A DNA stretch of 64,000 nt from a phage: sequence record PV805632.1; one strand, given 5' to 3'. Shown here piece after piece: positions 18,258 through 28,600 of this stretch. A model generated the notes under the pieces. That model was not told the DNA's origin and did not search any database. It saw nothing but the letters and a program-made list of their open reading frames with translations. The translations under genes were made by a program, and so were the position numbers. How positions within the stretch are numbered: position 1 is the stretch's first letter; the number at the start of each line of letters is the position of its first letter.

Positions 18258-20407
18258 GCATTGACCTTACCGGAGTAGTGCATCATCCAGCGATTGAAGA
18301 AATCGTAGATGTGCTCTGCAATAAAACCCAGAATAACGACCGGGGATTCTTCCGTGTCGAAGTAGCCTACTTCTTGGCTAAAATGGCATCCTGCATGGGT
18401 GCAACCATCGTAACTAAAGACCGTGGTGACCTGCCGGTAAACATCTACGCTATGGCGTTGGCTACATCTGGTTTCGGTAAAGGTCACTCGGTAAATATCA
18501 TTGAAGACGGGTTCATGACTGGCTTCCGTAAACGTTTTATGGAAGACACCATGCCCGTCATTGCAAATGACCGTTTATGGAAGATTGCTAACGAACGTGC
18601 TGCTCGTCAGGGTACGGACCAGAATGATGAGTTCGATAAAGTTGAGGCAGAGTATAAGCGTGCTGGGGCATTCCCATTCACATTCGACTCTGGTACAGCA
18701 CCTGCTGTAAAACAGCTTCGTCACAAGCTGCTTATGGCTGGTTGTGGTGCTATTAACTTACAAATTGATGAGATTGGTTCCAACCTCATTGCCAACGTTG
18801 AAGTTCTTAACCTGTTCCTTGAGTTGTATGACCAGGGGAAAGTAAAACAGAAGTTAACCAAGAACACTGCTGAAAGTATTCGTGGTGAAGAACTGGATGG
18901 TAAAACTCCTGCTAACCTGCTGCTGTTCGGTACTCCGAGTAAGCTGCTGGATGGTGGTCAGACCGAAGACCAGTTCTATGACTTCCTCGATACAGGGTAT
19001 GCACGTCGTTGTCTATTTGCCATTGGGCACTTAGATAAACGAGCACATGCAACGATGACTCCGGAAGAAATCTACCATAACCTGATTAAGCAGGATAACG
19101 TTCAGTCTCTTGGTAAGTGGGCCAACCACTTCCATAGTCTGGCTGACCCAAACCTGTTTGGCTTTAAGATGATTGTGGAAGATGCAGTGGGTATTGCTCT
19201 GATTGCTTACAAAATTGATTGTGAGAAACAAGCAGAGGCTATGGCTGACCACGAAGAAATTCGTAAGGCTGAAATCTCCCATCGTTACTTCAAGGCTCTT
19301 AAACTGGCAGGTGCATTGGCGTTTGTTGACCAGAGTTCATTCATTGAGATGTCTCACCTTAAACAAGCAATCCTGCTCGTAGAAGAATCTGGGGCAGCAT
19401 TCCAGGGTATTCTCAATCGTGAGAAAGCCTATGTGAAGCTGGCTAAGTACATTGCCTCCGTAGGTAAAGAGGTTACTCATGCTGACTTGCTGGAGTCGTT
19501 ACCATTCTATAAGAGTGGTAATGCAGCTCGTAATGAGATGATGACTCTTGCTACAGCATGGGGTTACAAACAGCACATCATTATTAAGAAGACCTTCAAT
19601 GAAGGTATTGAGTTCTTCCGTGGGGAGACTCTGAAAGAGACTGACACCAATGAGATGATAGTGGCATATAGTGATAGCTTTGCTTATGACTATGTTGGTG
19701 AACGTGTACCGTTTGACCAGCTACATGTATTAACCCAAGCTCCCGGTATGCACTGGGTAAACCATCACATGAAGAATGGGCATCGTTCTGAAGAGAACGT
19801 TATTCCAGGATTTAACATGATTGTTATTGACTGTGATGGTGGAGTACCACTGCATACGTGCCATGAACTGATGAAGGAATATAAGTTCATGACCTATACC
19901 ACTAAGCGTCATACCGATGAAGAGAACCGTTTCCGTTTGATTATTCCAATGAACTATGAGTTACACCTCGACACTGAGGAATACAAAGAGTTCATGAATA
20001 ACGTTATGGCTTGGCTACCATTCGAAACGGATGAGTCTGCTAACCAACGAGCTAAGAAGTGGATGTCCTGTGAGACTGGTTCCTATCATTACAACCTTGA
20101 TGCGAATCTGTTGGATGTACGTGACTTTATTCCTCGTACCAGTAAGAACGAGCAGTTCCAGAACCAGATGAAGGAAGTTCAGTCGTTGGATAATCTGGAG
20201 CGTTGGTTCGCTGGTCGTATTGCCTCCGGTAATCGTAATAATCAAATGATTAAATACGCACTGGCATTAGTAGACAGTGGTTGGGACTTTGCTCAGGTAC
20301 AGCAAGCCGTCTACTCATTCAATAAGAAACTGGCTAATCCATTACCAGATGATGAATTGAATTCAACCGTAATGGTCACCGTGGCTAAACGCTTCGCTGG
20401 CAAGTAA
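18254..20407 (+). CDS. putative DNA primase / replication protein
   Basis: about 717 aa from ATG 18254 (ATGA overlap with upstream stop, AGAGAGAG RBS); assigned by size and position, no motif confirmed. Confidence 0.45.
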   Translation: MSIDLTGVVHHPAIEEIVDVLCNKTQNNDRGFFRVEVAYFLAKMASCMGATIVTKDRGDLPVNIYAMALATSGFGKGHSVNIIEDGFMTGFRKRFMEDTMPVIANDRLWKIANERAARQGTDQNDEFDKVEAEYKRAGAFPFTFDSGTAPAVKQLRHKLLMAGCGAINLQIDEIGSNLIANVEVLNLFLELYDQGKVKQKLTKNTAESIRGEELDGKTPANLLLFGTPSKLLDGGQTEDQFYDFLDTGYARRCLFAIGHLDKRAHATMTPEEIYHNLIKQDNVQSLGKWANHFHSLADPNLFGFKMIVEDAVGIALIAYKIDCEKQAEAMADHEEIRKAEISHRYFKALKLAGALAFVDQSSFIEMSHLKQAILLVEESGAAFQGILNREKAYVKLAKYIASVGKEVTHADLLESLPFYKSGNAARNEMMTLATAWGYKQHIIIKKTFNEGIEFFRGETLKETDTNEMIVAYSDSFAYDYVGERVPFDQLHVLTQAPGMHWVNHHMKNGHRSEENVIPGFNMIVIDCDGGVPLHTCHELMKEYKFMTYTTKRHTDEENRFRLIIPMNYELHLDTEEYKEFMNNVMAWLPFETDESANQRAKKWMSCETGSYHYNLDANLLDVRDFIPRTSKNEQFQNQMKEVQSLDNLERWFAGRIASGNRNNQMIKYALALVDSGWDFAQVQQAVYSFNKKLANPLPDDELNSTVMVTVAKRFAGK

Positions 20408-20463
20408 GTAAACAGGAGTCTTTCTTTGGTTTGAAGGACTCCTAAACTAAACGAGGAAAAATA

Positions 20464-21216
20464 ATGTCCGAAGAAATCTCCAATGATATGAACACTCAGC
20501 TAATTCTGATTGCAGGATTCTCAGCGAGTGGTAAATCAGCATCATTGCGTAATATCCGGAACCAGGATCGCTGGTTGTATCTGAATACGGAAGCAGGTAA
20601 GCGTCTACCTTTCCGTAATAAGTTCAACACCTACAACATTGAAGACCCATATCAGATTTGGGAAGCATTTGATGTTGCATCTCCGGGTGGTGAAATGGCA
20701 GACGATGTTGATGGTATCATTATCGACTCTGCTACCTTCATGATGGACATGCTGGAATCCCAGTATGTATTGCCATCTGCTAATACCCAGAAAGCCTGGG
20801 GAGACTTTGCACAGTTCTTTAAAATACTGCTGCAACAAAAAGTCGTTAAGTTTGGTAAGCCAGTAATCATTACTGCTCATGCCAAAGATGAACTCGATGA
20901 AGCTGCTGGTGTGATGAAAACATTCATCCCAGTTAAGGGTTCACTGAAGAACAATGGCCTTGAGGCTTACTTCTCTACAGTGGTTTACGCAGAACGCGTA
21001 GACATTAAAGAGCTGGAGAAGTATGGCAACAAGATGCTTGATATTACGGAAGAAGAACGTGACTTAGGCTATAAGCACGTATTCCAGACACGTCCAACCA
21101 AGAAGTCTGTTGGTAAACGACTTCGCTCACCAATGGGTATGTTTGATAAGTCGCAGACTTATATTGATAATGATGCCCAAAAACTCTTAGACCATCTGGC
21201 TGAATACTACGCTTAA
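20464..21216 (+). CDS. P-loop NTPase (small phage ATPase, possibly recombination/replication-associated)
   Basis: Walker A GFSASGKS, Walker B-like GIIIDSAT; 250 aa. Confidence 0.5.
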   Translation: MSEEISNDMNTQLILIAGFSASGKSASLRNIRNQDRWLYLNTEAGKRLPFRNKFNTYNIEDPYQIWEAFDVASPGGEMADDVDGIIIDSATFMMDMLESQYVLPSANTQKAWGDFAQFFKILLQQKVVKFGKPVIITAHAKDELDEAAGVMKTFIPVKGSLKNNGLEAYFSTVVYAERVDIKELEKYGNKMLDITEEERDLGYKHVFQTRPTKKSVGKRLRSPMGMFDKSQTYIDNDAQKLLDHLAEYYA

Positions 21217-21256
21217 GCGTTTGCCTGGTTGTTAATCACTTATTAGGAAAAATATT

Positions 21257-22060
21257 ATGTCACTGTTCGGTAACTTGAAAGAAAAGACCAAAAACGTTGA
21301 AGCTGCAAAAGACACTCTTGGTGGTGGTGGCTTCGGTGTGAAAGAATCTGATATCTACACCGGTACTGTAAAAGTAGCTTACGTAGGTAAAGCTGATTCT
21401 GGTGCAGACTGGATGCAATTAATCATCGAAAACCTGAAAGGTTCTGACGGCAATAATGCTGGTGAGTTCCGTGCTCAGGTGTACTTTACTTCTGGTAATG
21501 CTAAAGGCAATAAGCCAACTTACGAGAAGAATGGTAAAGAATACTTCCTGCCTGGTTACACTGTCATTAATGACATGATGCTTATGGCTACTGGTTGTGA
21601 ACTGCCGGATGCAGACTTTGAAGAGAAGATTGTTAAAGTCTATGACTTCGATCTGAAAGCTGAAACCAACAAGTCTGTCATGGTTCCAGTTGACCTGGTT
21701 GGTCAGACTGTTACCTTCGCTCTGGAAAAGGTTCTGGAAGCTAAACAGGTTAAAGGTGACAACGGTTACGTTGACTCCGGTGAAACTCGTGAAGTAAACG
21801 AGATTCAGAAAGTGTTTCACCCGGAACTGCTGGTCACAGTCGTCGAGGCTCAGGAAGCAGAGAAGGCTGAGAAAGAACTGACTCCAGAACTGGCTGTATT
21901 CTATGGAGCATGGCTGGAAAAGAACAAAGGTAAAACCCGTGATAAGACCAAGGGTTCTGCTGGTGGCAATGGTAAAGGTGGATTGCCTCCTAAACCAGGT
22001 GCAGGTGCTGGCACTGGTACTACTCCAGCTGGTGGTAAATCTCTATTCGGTAAGCGTTAA
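21257..22060 (+). CDS. putative single-stranded DNA-binding protein (N4 SSB-like by position), Gly-rich C-terminus
   Basis: 267 aa; downstream of primase and ATPase; Gly/Pro-rich tail; positional call only. Confidence 0.4.
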   Translation: MSLFGNLKEKTKNVEAAKDTLGGGGFGVKESDIYTGTVKVAYVGKADSGADWMQLIIENLKGSDGNNAGEFRAQVYFTSGNAKGNKPTYEKNGKEYFLPGYTVINDMMLMATGCELPDADFEEKIVKVYDFDLKAETNKSVMVPVDLVGQTVTFALEKVLEAKQVKGDNGYVDSGETREVNEIQKVFHPELLVTVVEAQEAEKAEKELTPELAVFYGAWLEKNKGKTRDKTKGSAGGNGKGGLPPKPGAGAGTGTTPAGGKSLFGKR

Positions 22061-22614
22061 TGAAAATCCCAATTGTCGGCGCAGATATTAGCCTCCGCAA
22101 TTGGGGATTAGCTCGTGGGATGCTGGACATTGAGTCCGGCGTCTTCGAGCAGGTCGAACTTAAACTGGTTCAAACTGAAGTTGACCATAACAAACAAGTT
22201 CGAACCAACTCCAAAGATATACAAGCTGCCCATGATTTGTTTCTTGGTTGTGAAGAATGGTTACGGTCTGCTAAAGCAGTATTTGTAGAAGTACCAGTAG
22301 GCTCTCAGTCTGCTAATGGTATGAAGTCCTATGGTGTATGCGTAGGATTAATCGGTGCATTCCGTGCATTGGGTTGCCCAATCTTTGAAGTATCCCCAAT
22401 TGAAAACAAACTTGCACTGGTCGGTGATAAAACTGCATCCAAAGACACGATGATTCGTGCTGCTCATGCCATCTATCCTGAAGCCAACTGGCTCACGGAT
22501 AGTAAAGGTAAACTTCTGAATAAGAATGAGCACTTAGCTGATGCAATCGGTGCAATCCACGCTGGGGTAAATCTTCCAGCTTTCCAGAATCTCATTAAAT
22601 TAATAAAGGCATAA
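22060..22614 (+). CDS. RuvC-like Holliday junction resolvase
   Basis: N-terminal IVGADIS (catalytic Asp context), FVEVPVG, C-terminal HLADAIGAIHAG resembling the RuvC ADAxxxA/H motif. Confidence 0.55.
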   Translation: MKIPIVGADISLRNWGLARGMLDIESGVFEQVELKLVQTEVDHNKQVRTNSKDIQAAHDLFLGCEEWLRSAKAVFVEVPVGSQSANGMKSYGVCVGLIGAFRALGCPIFEVSPIENKLALVGDKTASKDTMIRAAHAIYPEANWLTDSKGKLLNKNEHLADAIGAIHAGVNLPAFQNLIKLIKA

Positions 22615-22615
22615 T

Positions 22616-23065
22616 ATGCAAATCGTTCTGAACCAGTCTGAAGTTGAAGCTGCTATTGAAGCTTATGTAAATGAGCAAGTTAATCTTGCCGGGGACATTA
22701 ATATCCTGGTGAATGCAGATGGTACTGCCACTATCGGTATTAATGAAGAGGCCGGTCATAGTGATGACACTCCCCCCGTGGTAGAGAAGAAGACTCGTCG
22801 TTCTCGTAAGAATCCACAAGAAGCCAAACACCGTCCGGTAGAACCGGAACCGGTTGTTGAGGATGAAGCTGAAGAAGAGGTAAAGGAAGAAGAAATCCAG
22901 ACCTCTACTGGTGGTGTGAACGGGAGTTCTACGCCGGAACCTGAAGAAGTAGTAGCTGAACCAGAAGCACAAGAAGAAGTTGTGCAGGAGGAAGTTAAGG
23001 CAGAAGAACCAGCAGAGAAACCTGCTGCGAAGCCTTCACTGTTCGCTGGCCTAAAACGTAGTTAA
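22616..23065 (+). CDS. acidic hypothetical protein
   Basis: 149-aa ORF rich in E/V/P low-complexity sequence. Confidence 0.45.
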   Translation: MQIVLNQSEVEAAIEAYVNEQVNLAGDINILVNADGTATIGINEEAGHSDDTPPVVEKKTRRSRKNPQEAKHRPVEPEPVVEDEAEEEVKEEEIQTSTGGVNGSSTPEPEEVVAEPEAQEEVVQEEVKAEEPAEKPAAKPSLFAGLKRS

Positions 23066-23296
23066 TCTGGTAGGTGGCTCAGAAGCTGCTGCTAGGTGTG
23101 GTAGTGTTTATAGTCCTGATGCTACTACTGGTCAGGATTATAGACGTGTCGGCTCCATACATAGCTTTTATCATCACTGTCATTATCCTGTGGAAATGCA
23201 GTGGTAAACACGGTGGTGACAAGCCGCCAGAATAACAACAACCGAACCAGTGGATTGGAATACTCTCCCCAGTCCATTGGTTCAACCGAGGCTAAT

Positions 23297-23467
23297 ATGA
23301 ACAAATTTACTATTCACTGGCTCAATGGAATAGTTAGTTCTTTCATGGGTGGGGAACCTGTTGAAGGAAACAAAGCATTCCACATTGATTCAGAAGGCTG
23401 CAAAATCTTAGTACCATACGCTTGGTATAAGAATGGTGAAGTTGAAGCATTGAAAAAGAGCAGTTAA
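23297..23467 (+). CDS. hypothetical small protein
   Basis: ATG 23297 with GAGG 8 nt upstream; the longer track ORF from 23201 lacks an RBS. Confidence 0.4.
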   Translation: MNKFTIHWLNGIVSSFMGGEPVEGNKAFHIDSEGCKILVPYAWYKNGEVEALKKSS

Positions 23468-24525
23468 TATCGTGAAGGGTTCTGTCAGAATCCTTTGAGA
23501 TAGGAACTCCTATCATAACCTTTCTTAACTTAATCTTTGCCGTATGGCACTGACGCTAGGGGTGGCCCCCCATCCGTCAGACAGACTATTTTAAGAATAG
23601 GTTATCTCAGAAAATGTAAAGCAACATTCGGGTTAATCAATGGCCTCTTCTATAGGGGCCATTTCTGAATCTTAGGCTATATCCCAAAGGTTAGTATCTT
23701 TGGGATAAGGCTTCAGATCCCTTATCAAACTAACTGCTCAATGTTGAGTATATTAACTAACCAAGCCCAGTAAGGGGGCGGGAGTTTAATGCCGGTAAGC
23801 ATAAGCCTATCCGTCTACGACATCGAACTGTTAGATCTTACGTGCAACATAGGGTAATGGGAGGATTCGTCCCCTCCCACCTATTATGAACCAATTCGAA
23901 GTAGCACTGATTGATTAGCTGTGGAAGGTAGGCCGATGTCCACAAGCATGGCCCAGAATCAGTGCTACCCCTAATTGGAAGAATTAAGACGGGTCTGGTG
24001 AAGTAGATGGGGTTCGATTCCCTCCGGTGGAGTAATCCACTAGCGTGCTTGGTGCACGAATAAGACTTAGTACTGGTGGTTCGATTCCATCCCCCGTTAC
24101 CCGAAGTCGCCAGGTACTTATGGCAAACAACGAGGTAGTAACGAACTAGTCATTCGTCAAACGCCTCACCTAATTATGAGTCAGCAAGAACGCCTTCACC
24201 TAAACTTAAACAAAAAAGCTTAACGCAATAATTATGTAGGGGTATGTAAGGATTGCGAAGAAGGAGCCAGTTAGAGCCTGGTATGACTCACCTATTTAGC
24301 AGTAACATAGTCCTGATTGCATAGCACTCTAAAGACAACACTGGTAAGACAGTCCAGTGGCTGCTAATGTATAGTTATTCCCCTCGACGGGAATTTCGCT
24401 AGTGAAGGTAACACTTAAAAATCCAAACCTACGTCTTACTACTATCGGGCTATCAACCCACGGTCGCTTAACCCACTGGTGGTAGCAGTTTGACGGCCTG
24501 CCTCGTTGACTGCGTTAAAGTCACT
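23468..24525. other. ORF-free, highly structured non-coding region (candidate ncRNA / degenerate tRNA-like / origin region)
   Basis: no ORF of 60 aa or more on either strand; many perfect inverted repeats; two GGTTCGATTCC motifs; see findings. Confidence 0.5.
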
Positions 24526-24562
24526 AAGTCCCTCGGAGCCGTCACTCTGGGGGACTTTTTTA
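24526..24562 (+). terminator. strong rho-independent terminator
   Basis: about 12-bp stem AAGTCCCTCGGAG / CTCTGGGGGACTT followed by TTTTTT. Confidence 0.65.
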
Positions 24563-24590
24563 TTTGAGAACTACTTATGAGACGTTTTAT

Positions 24591-24743
24591 ATGATTGACC
24601 TAATCTTAACCCCGTATGCCTATGAGGTAACGGATAACCGAGGACGTAAGTCTTTGGTGTTTGCAGGTAGCGTAGCCTATAACAACGCAGTCATGTTTAA
24701 ATACAAACTTAAACCACTCTATGAGGCTAACAATGGAATTTGA
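24591..24743 (+). CDS. hypothetical small protein (50 aa)
   Basis: hand-translated ATG..TGA ORF; overlaps next small ORF (ATGGAATTTGA). Confidence 0.3.
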   Translation: MIDLILTPYAYEVTDNRGRKSLVFAGSVAYNNAVMFKYKLKPLYEANNGI

Positions 24744-24870
24744 TGATTTAGATTTTGAAGCTATTGAAAAGGCGAACCAGGAGAAGCTGGAACAGGCTAA
24801 TCGTGAAGCTGAAGAGCTAGAAAACGCTAAAGGTAACAACGATTGCACGAGTGGTGGTTGCACCATTTAA
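24733..24870 (+). CDS. hypothetical small acidic peptide with Cys-containing C-terminus (45 aa)
   Basis: hand-translated MEFDDLDFEAIEKANQEKLEQANREAEELENAKGNNDCTSGGCTI. Confidence 0.3.
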   Translation: MEFDDLDFEAIEKANQEKLEQANREAEELENAKGNNDCTSGGCTI

Positions 24871-24947
24871 CAAACAAGTGTAAGGTAGTTTTTACCGAAA
24901 GGTACTGAACTACTTACGTAGTGAGGCTGTAATAGCCAAAACAAAGA

Positions 24948-24969
24948 AAGCCCCTCATTTGAGGGGCTT
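24948..24969. terminator. bidirectional hairpin terminator between plus- and minus-strand blocks
   Basis: AAGCCCCTCA-TT-TGAGGGGCTT with T-rich flanks on both strands. Confidence 0.6.
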
Positions 24970-24975
24970 TCTTAT

Positions 24976-25578
24976 TTATACAGGATTTACTGTTTGAAAT
25001 ACCCTGACAGATACCTTAGTGAGTGTAATAGTTTGTCCACTAACGTTATGCATACCTAATTGTATGCCATTGACCATAAATGGGTCAGTGCTGCCCATGG
25101 TATATGTTGCAAGGTTTACTTCCTCGTTGCTTATATCATTACCCTGGAATTTAGAACTAAAAGCAGAACCCCTTATAGTTGTTCCATTGGGTCGTCTTGT
25201 TTGTGTTCTCCACTCTCTAACTGTCCCATCATCCCCGGCAATACTACCAGTAATCCGTACTACGAAAATTACTTGTGTATTGCCTTCTCTAGCAGGGAAG
25301 AGTAGATTGTTATCTAATATAGTAGTACCAGCAGTTCCTGCCGGATCCTTAGTTAAGCCTTCCAAACTAAAATAATTGAACCAGCTTGTATCAGTGATTG
25401 TCTGGCTTCCAGCCCAATCCCATATATCTAATAAAAAAGGATTTGGCAATTCTTTTGCCAAATCCTCGTCCGTTTTGGATGCAAGTATGCTTTTCCCCTT
25501 GTCTCCGATAAGGGTCATTCCACCCATAACCAAAGGCATTGCATCAAAACCCTGATCGTATTTGTCTTTAATGGTCAT
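24976..25578 (-). CDS. hypothetical protein
   Basis: about 200 aa from the internal Met (MTIKDKYDQ); the first Met of the track ORF lies inside the upstream terminator hairpin. Confidence 0.45.
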   Translation of the reverse strand: MTIKDKYDQGFDAMPLVMGGMTLIGDKGKSILASKTDEDLAKELPNPFLLDIWDWAGSQTITDTSWFNYFSLEGLTKDPAGTAGTTILDNNLLFPAREGNTQVIFVVRITGSIAGDDGTVREWRTQTRRPNGTTIRGSAFSSKFQGNDISNEEVNLATYTMGSTDPFMVNGIQLGMHNVSGQTITLTKVSVRVFQTVNPV

Positions 25579-25605
25579 AAAGTCCCCGTAGATAATAATA
25601 AAAAG

Positions 25606-25630
25606 AAAGCCCACACTACTGGTGGGCTTT
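25606..25630 (-). terminator. rho-independent terminator downstream of the giant ORF
   Basis: AAAGCCCAC-7 nt loop-GTGGGCTTT; on the minus strand followed by a T-rich tract. Confidence 0.55.
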
Positions 25631-25636
25631 ATTTTA

Positions 25637-28600
25637 TCAATTTACAAGGTTTATCCAAGGGTTCAGGTTGTGAGCACGAAGACCCTGACCAAAGCCCCAT
25701 GAGTAATCCAGACTACCCTTAGCAGCAATACTAAAGATGTTGTCCTGAATAGGTAAGCCAACATTACCAAACATGGTAGGAGTTGGAGCCAACATCGCCA
25801 TTGCTGCATGTACTGGGTTGTTACGAATCATGGACACTGCAACCTTAGCTGAACGAATCTTAAAGTTGTAGAACCACATCAAACCAACGCTTTCCATATA
25901 CCCACGGAAGCGACCAGGCAGACGGTCATAGTTAATGAACTCTTCGGTTACACGTCCCAGTGCTTCTTCACGAGTCTTACCTTTACGCTGGGTCAATTCA
26001 TCATAGATGATTGCTTTAGCGATAAAGTCAGAGTACTCAACCGTCTTCTGGATACCCTGGAACAGAGCAGTATCCTTAGTGATAAGTGCATAACGACCAG
26101 CAGCACGTACAGACTTAGGTAACTTATCCGCCAGCTTTTCCATGTATTCGTGAAGTTTACCTTCAGTAATCAGGATGTCATCACGACCAATACCAGCATC
26201 TGCAATTGAAGAGAACTCACCAGCTTCTATCAGAGGCCAGATACTCATACGCTTATGGCTATCAGTAATGGACTGAATCTCAGCCTTAAGTTTACGAATC
26301 TGGTTCGGGTTAGTAGCTGCACGTAATTCTGCTTCTGCATCTACCTGACGTAAACGAGATTTAAGGTATTGGTTAATCTCAGCAGTCTTCCGTGGAATGC
26401 TCTTAGCAATGCTCTTAACCGGTACACCACGAGCAACCATCTGGTAAAGGTTAGCCAAAAAGTTAACAACAGGTACGACTACTGACTTAACTACAATCAG
26501 AGTCTTAGCATCTTTAACTAAATTTTGAACCAGGTTCTCACCACCCATTAAGTACTTATAGGCACGGTTACCGGCTAAACCCAGAATAGCTTTTTTAAAA
26601 GTATTAAGCGTTTCCGGGGACCAACGAGAATTACCAGACCAAGCATCACCAATCGAAGCTGCACGATAGCCAAGTGCATCATTCAGCATGTCACGACGTA
26701 CCCACAGTTCACCCTCACCAAACAGTTTTTCTGCTTTCCGTCGAGTTTCACTGTTCATCAGCTTAAGAGCATCAGCAGTTACTGGGTCCAGTTTAGAACC
26801 AAAAAGGTTCACGTACTGGGACTTATTAGCAGCAGACATCTTAATGTCTTCCTTGTACATGCTATACAGGTTCTCAATCAGCATATCGTTGAAACGCTGA
26901 GCCTTAGCTTCTTCCACCTGACGACCACGCCATACACCAATTGCACGGGCAAGATGATTTTCACCTTCAATATGCTTCAGCATATTAGGGTTAATTGATT
27001 CCTCATAAGCAACCACATCACCTTTAGCATTATATACGGGCAATAGTGGTTCATTACCACGTTCACCACGAGCTAGTGCTTTAGCGATACGGTCTACAGA
27101 AGGCTTGTCAGTAATACGACCAGCTACCATGGAACCCATCGTAAAGCCTGTACCGAGGTCTACACCACCAGCAGTATTACGAACGTTCTGTAGAATACCT
27201 TGTGAGAACGGAGCCTGTGCCTGTACTGGGGCAAAGTAGTAGCTACGTGCCAGACCTCGGTTAGCAGAGCTACCTTGATAAGTACTCAGACGTACATAGG
27301 ACTTCTCTATCAAATCACCAAACTGGCTATCTTCAGCAACAACCAGACTAACACCCTGTTTAGTCTCACTAGGGATATACCCTTTGTACTGGTTCAGGGT
27401 TGCACGCATATTAGATTTGGCTTTAGCCATTTCATCTTTACGCTGCCCAACCAGGTAAGAAGTAGCAAAGTCCATTCCCTCAACTTCTGTCTGAGCCAGT
27501 GAAGATAACATCTCACGGTCGGACTTGTTCATTGCTTCCAGTGCATACAGGGTAATAAGTTTATCCAGTTGAGCTACATCTACAATAGAGCGAGTAGTCT
27601 TACGTTCACCTAACATACGAGAGATTGCAGTAGCATTCCGCAGCAAGTTTTTACCGACTGTGCCATTAATCATGTACTGAGCCAGTTGCTTAGATTTACG
27701 GTTAATCAGAGGCCAGTTACGACCAGCTTGTTTCTGCAAATCTGCTTCCAGCTTATTCACTTCACGGTCAACAATCTTCTGGTCAGATAGCAGGTCACGG
27801 ATTTCAGCCAGAGACATGGTGTCACGCAGGACAGCTAAGTCAGTTTTACCCATACCAGTGTACATTGCTTTCCACTCATCCTTAGTCAGCTTACGGCTGA
27901 ACTTAGATGCGATAGTGGTAGGCAGGTGTTCACGGAACTGCTGACGGTCAGCCTGCACCTGTGCACGAACTGCTTTAATCAAATCGTATACAGAAGCATT
28001 ACTCTTAGTACGACCGGTTAAGTCATTAACCAGGTCATGGAAAGGTTGCCATACTTTACCCTGGTTCATTGCAACCATAACGCCTTCAGCTACGTTTGCA
28101 CCATTCTTCTCTGTAGCAATAGCAGCCATTAGTTGTGCAGCATGAGCAGCACCCTTAACCAATGGATTTTTGGTATTGGCTGCAACTTCACGAGCACTTT
28201 CTAAAACACGGGTAGACAGTACATCAATAGAGTCCACCAAATACTGGTTAGCACGGTCAATAGCATTACCACTAGGAGTAGCAACGGAATCATAGAATGA
28301 CTGTGCATTAAGGCTAGTCTGCATGATTGTTTGAGCCAGTGCATCCATACCTTCCTGTACGTTGGTAGCTTTAGTGTCACCTGCTACACGAGCATTCAGG
28401 CTTGCCATTGCAGCAGTACCAATGTTAGTCAGCATTGCATCGACGGTATTCCCAGATTTCTTATCTGCTTTCATAACAGGAATGTTAGCCAGTACATTAC
28501 GTACCTCTTCACTTACCATTGCCAGACCAACAAAGGTAGGCAGTATTGAAGAACGACCCTGCGCATCAAACTCAATATTGTTAGCACCCATGATGGTATC

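Noticed and set aside
23641-23661. Anticodon-arm-like hairpin (loop TTCTATA, would read CTA = amber)
   Set aside because: Pyrimidine at loop position 37 and no flanking D-arm, T-arm or acceptor pairing; more likely a simple stem-loop.
24006-24099. Possible tRNA genes around the two GGTTCGATTCC motifs
   Set aside because: No acceptor-stem partner at canonical distance; the 94-nt fold (GATGGGG/CCCCGTT) needs two G-U pairs in the acceptor and has no acceptable D or anticodon arm (best anticodon-like loop has a pyrimidine at position 37). Kept as a finding, not annotated as tRNA.
24261-24324. AAGGAG followed by a 13-codon ORF (ATG 24283) in the non-coding region
   Set aside because: Spacing of 16 nt between the SD-like hexamer and the ATG is too long, and the ORF is only 13 codons.
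24606-24866. 86-aa minus-strand ORF
   Set aside because: Lies antisense to two plus-strand small ORFs, between two terminators, with low-complexity Ser/Leu-rich translation; likely spurious.
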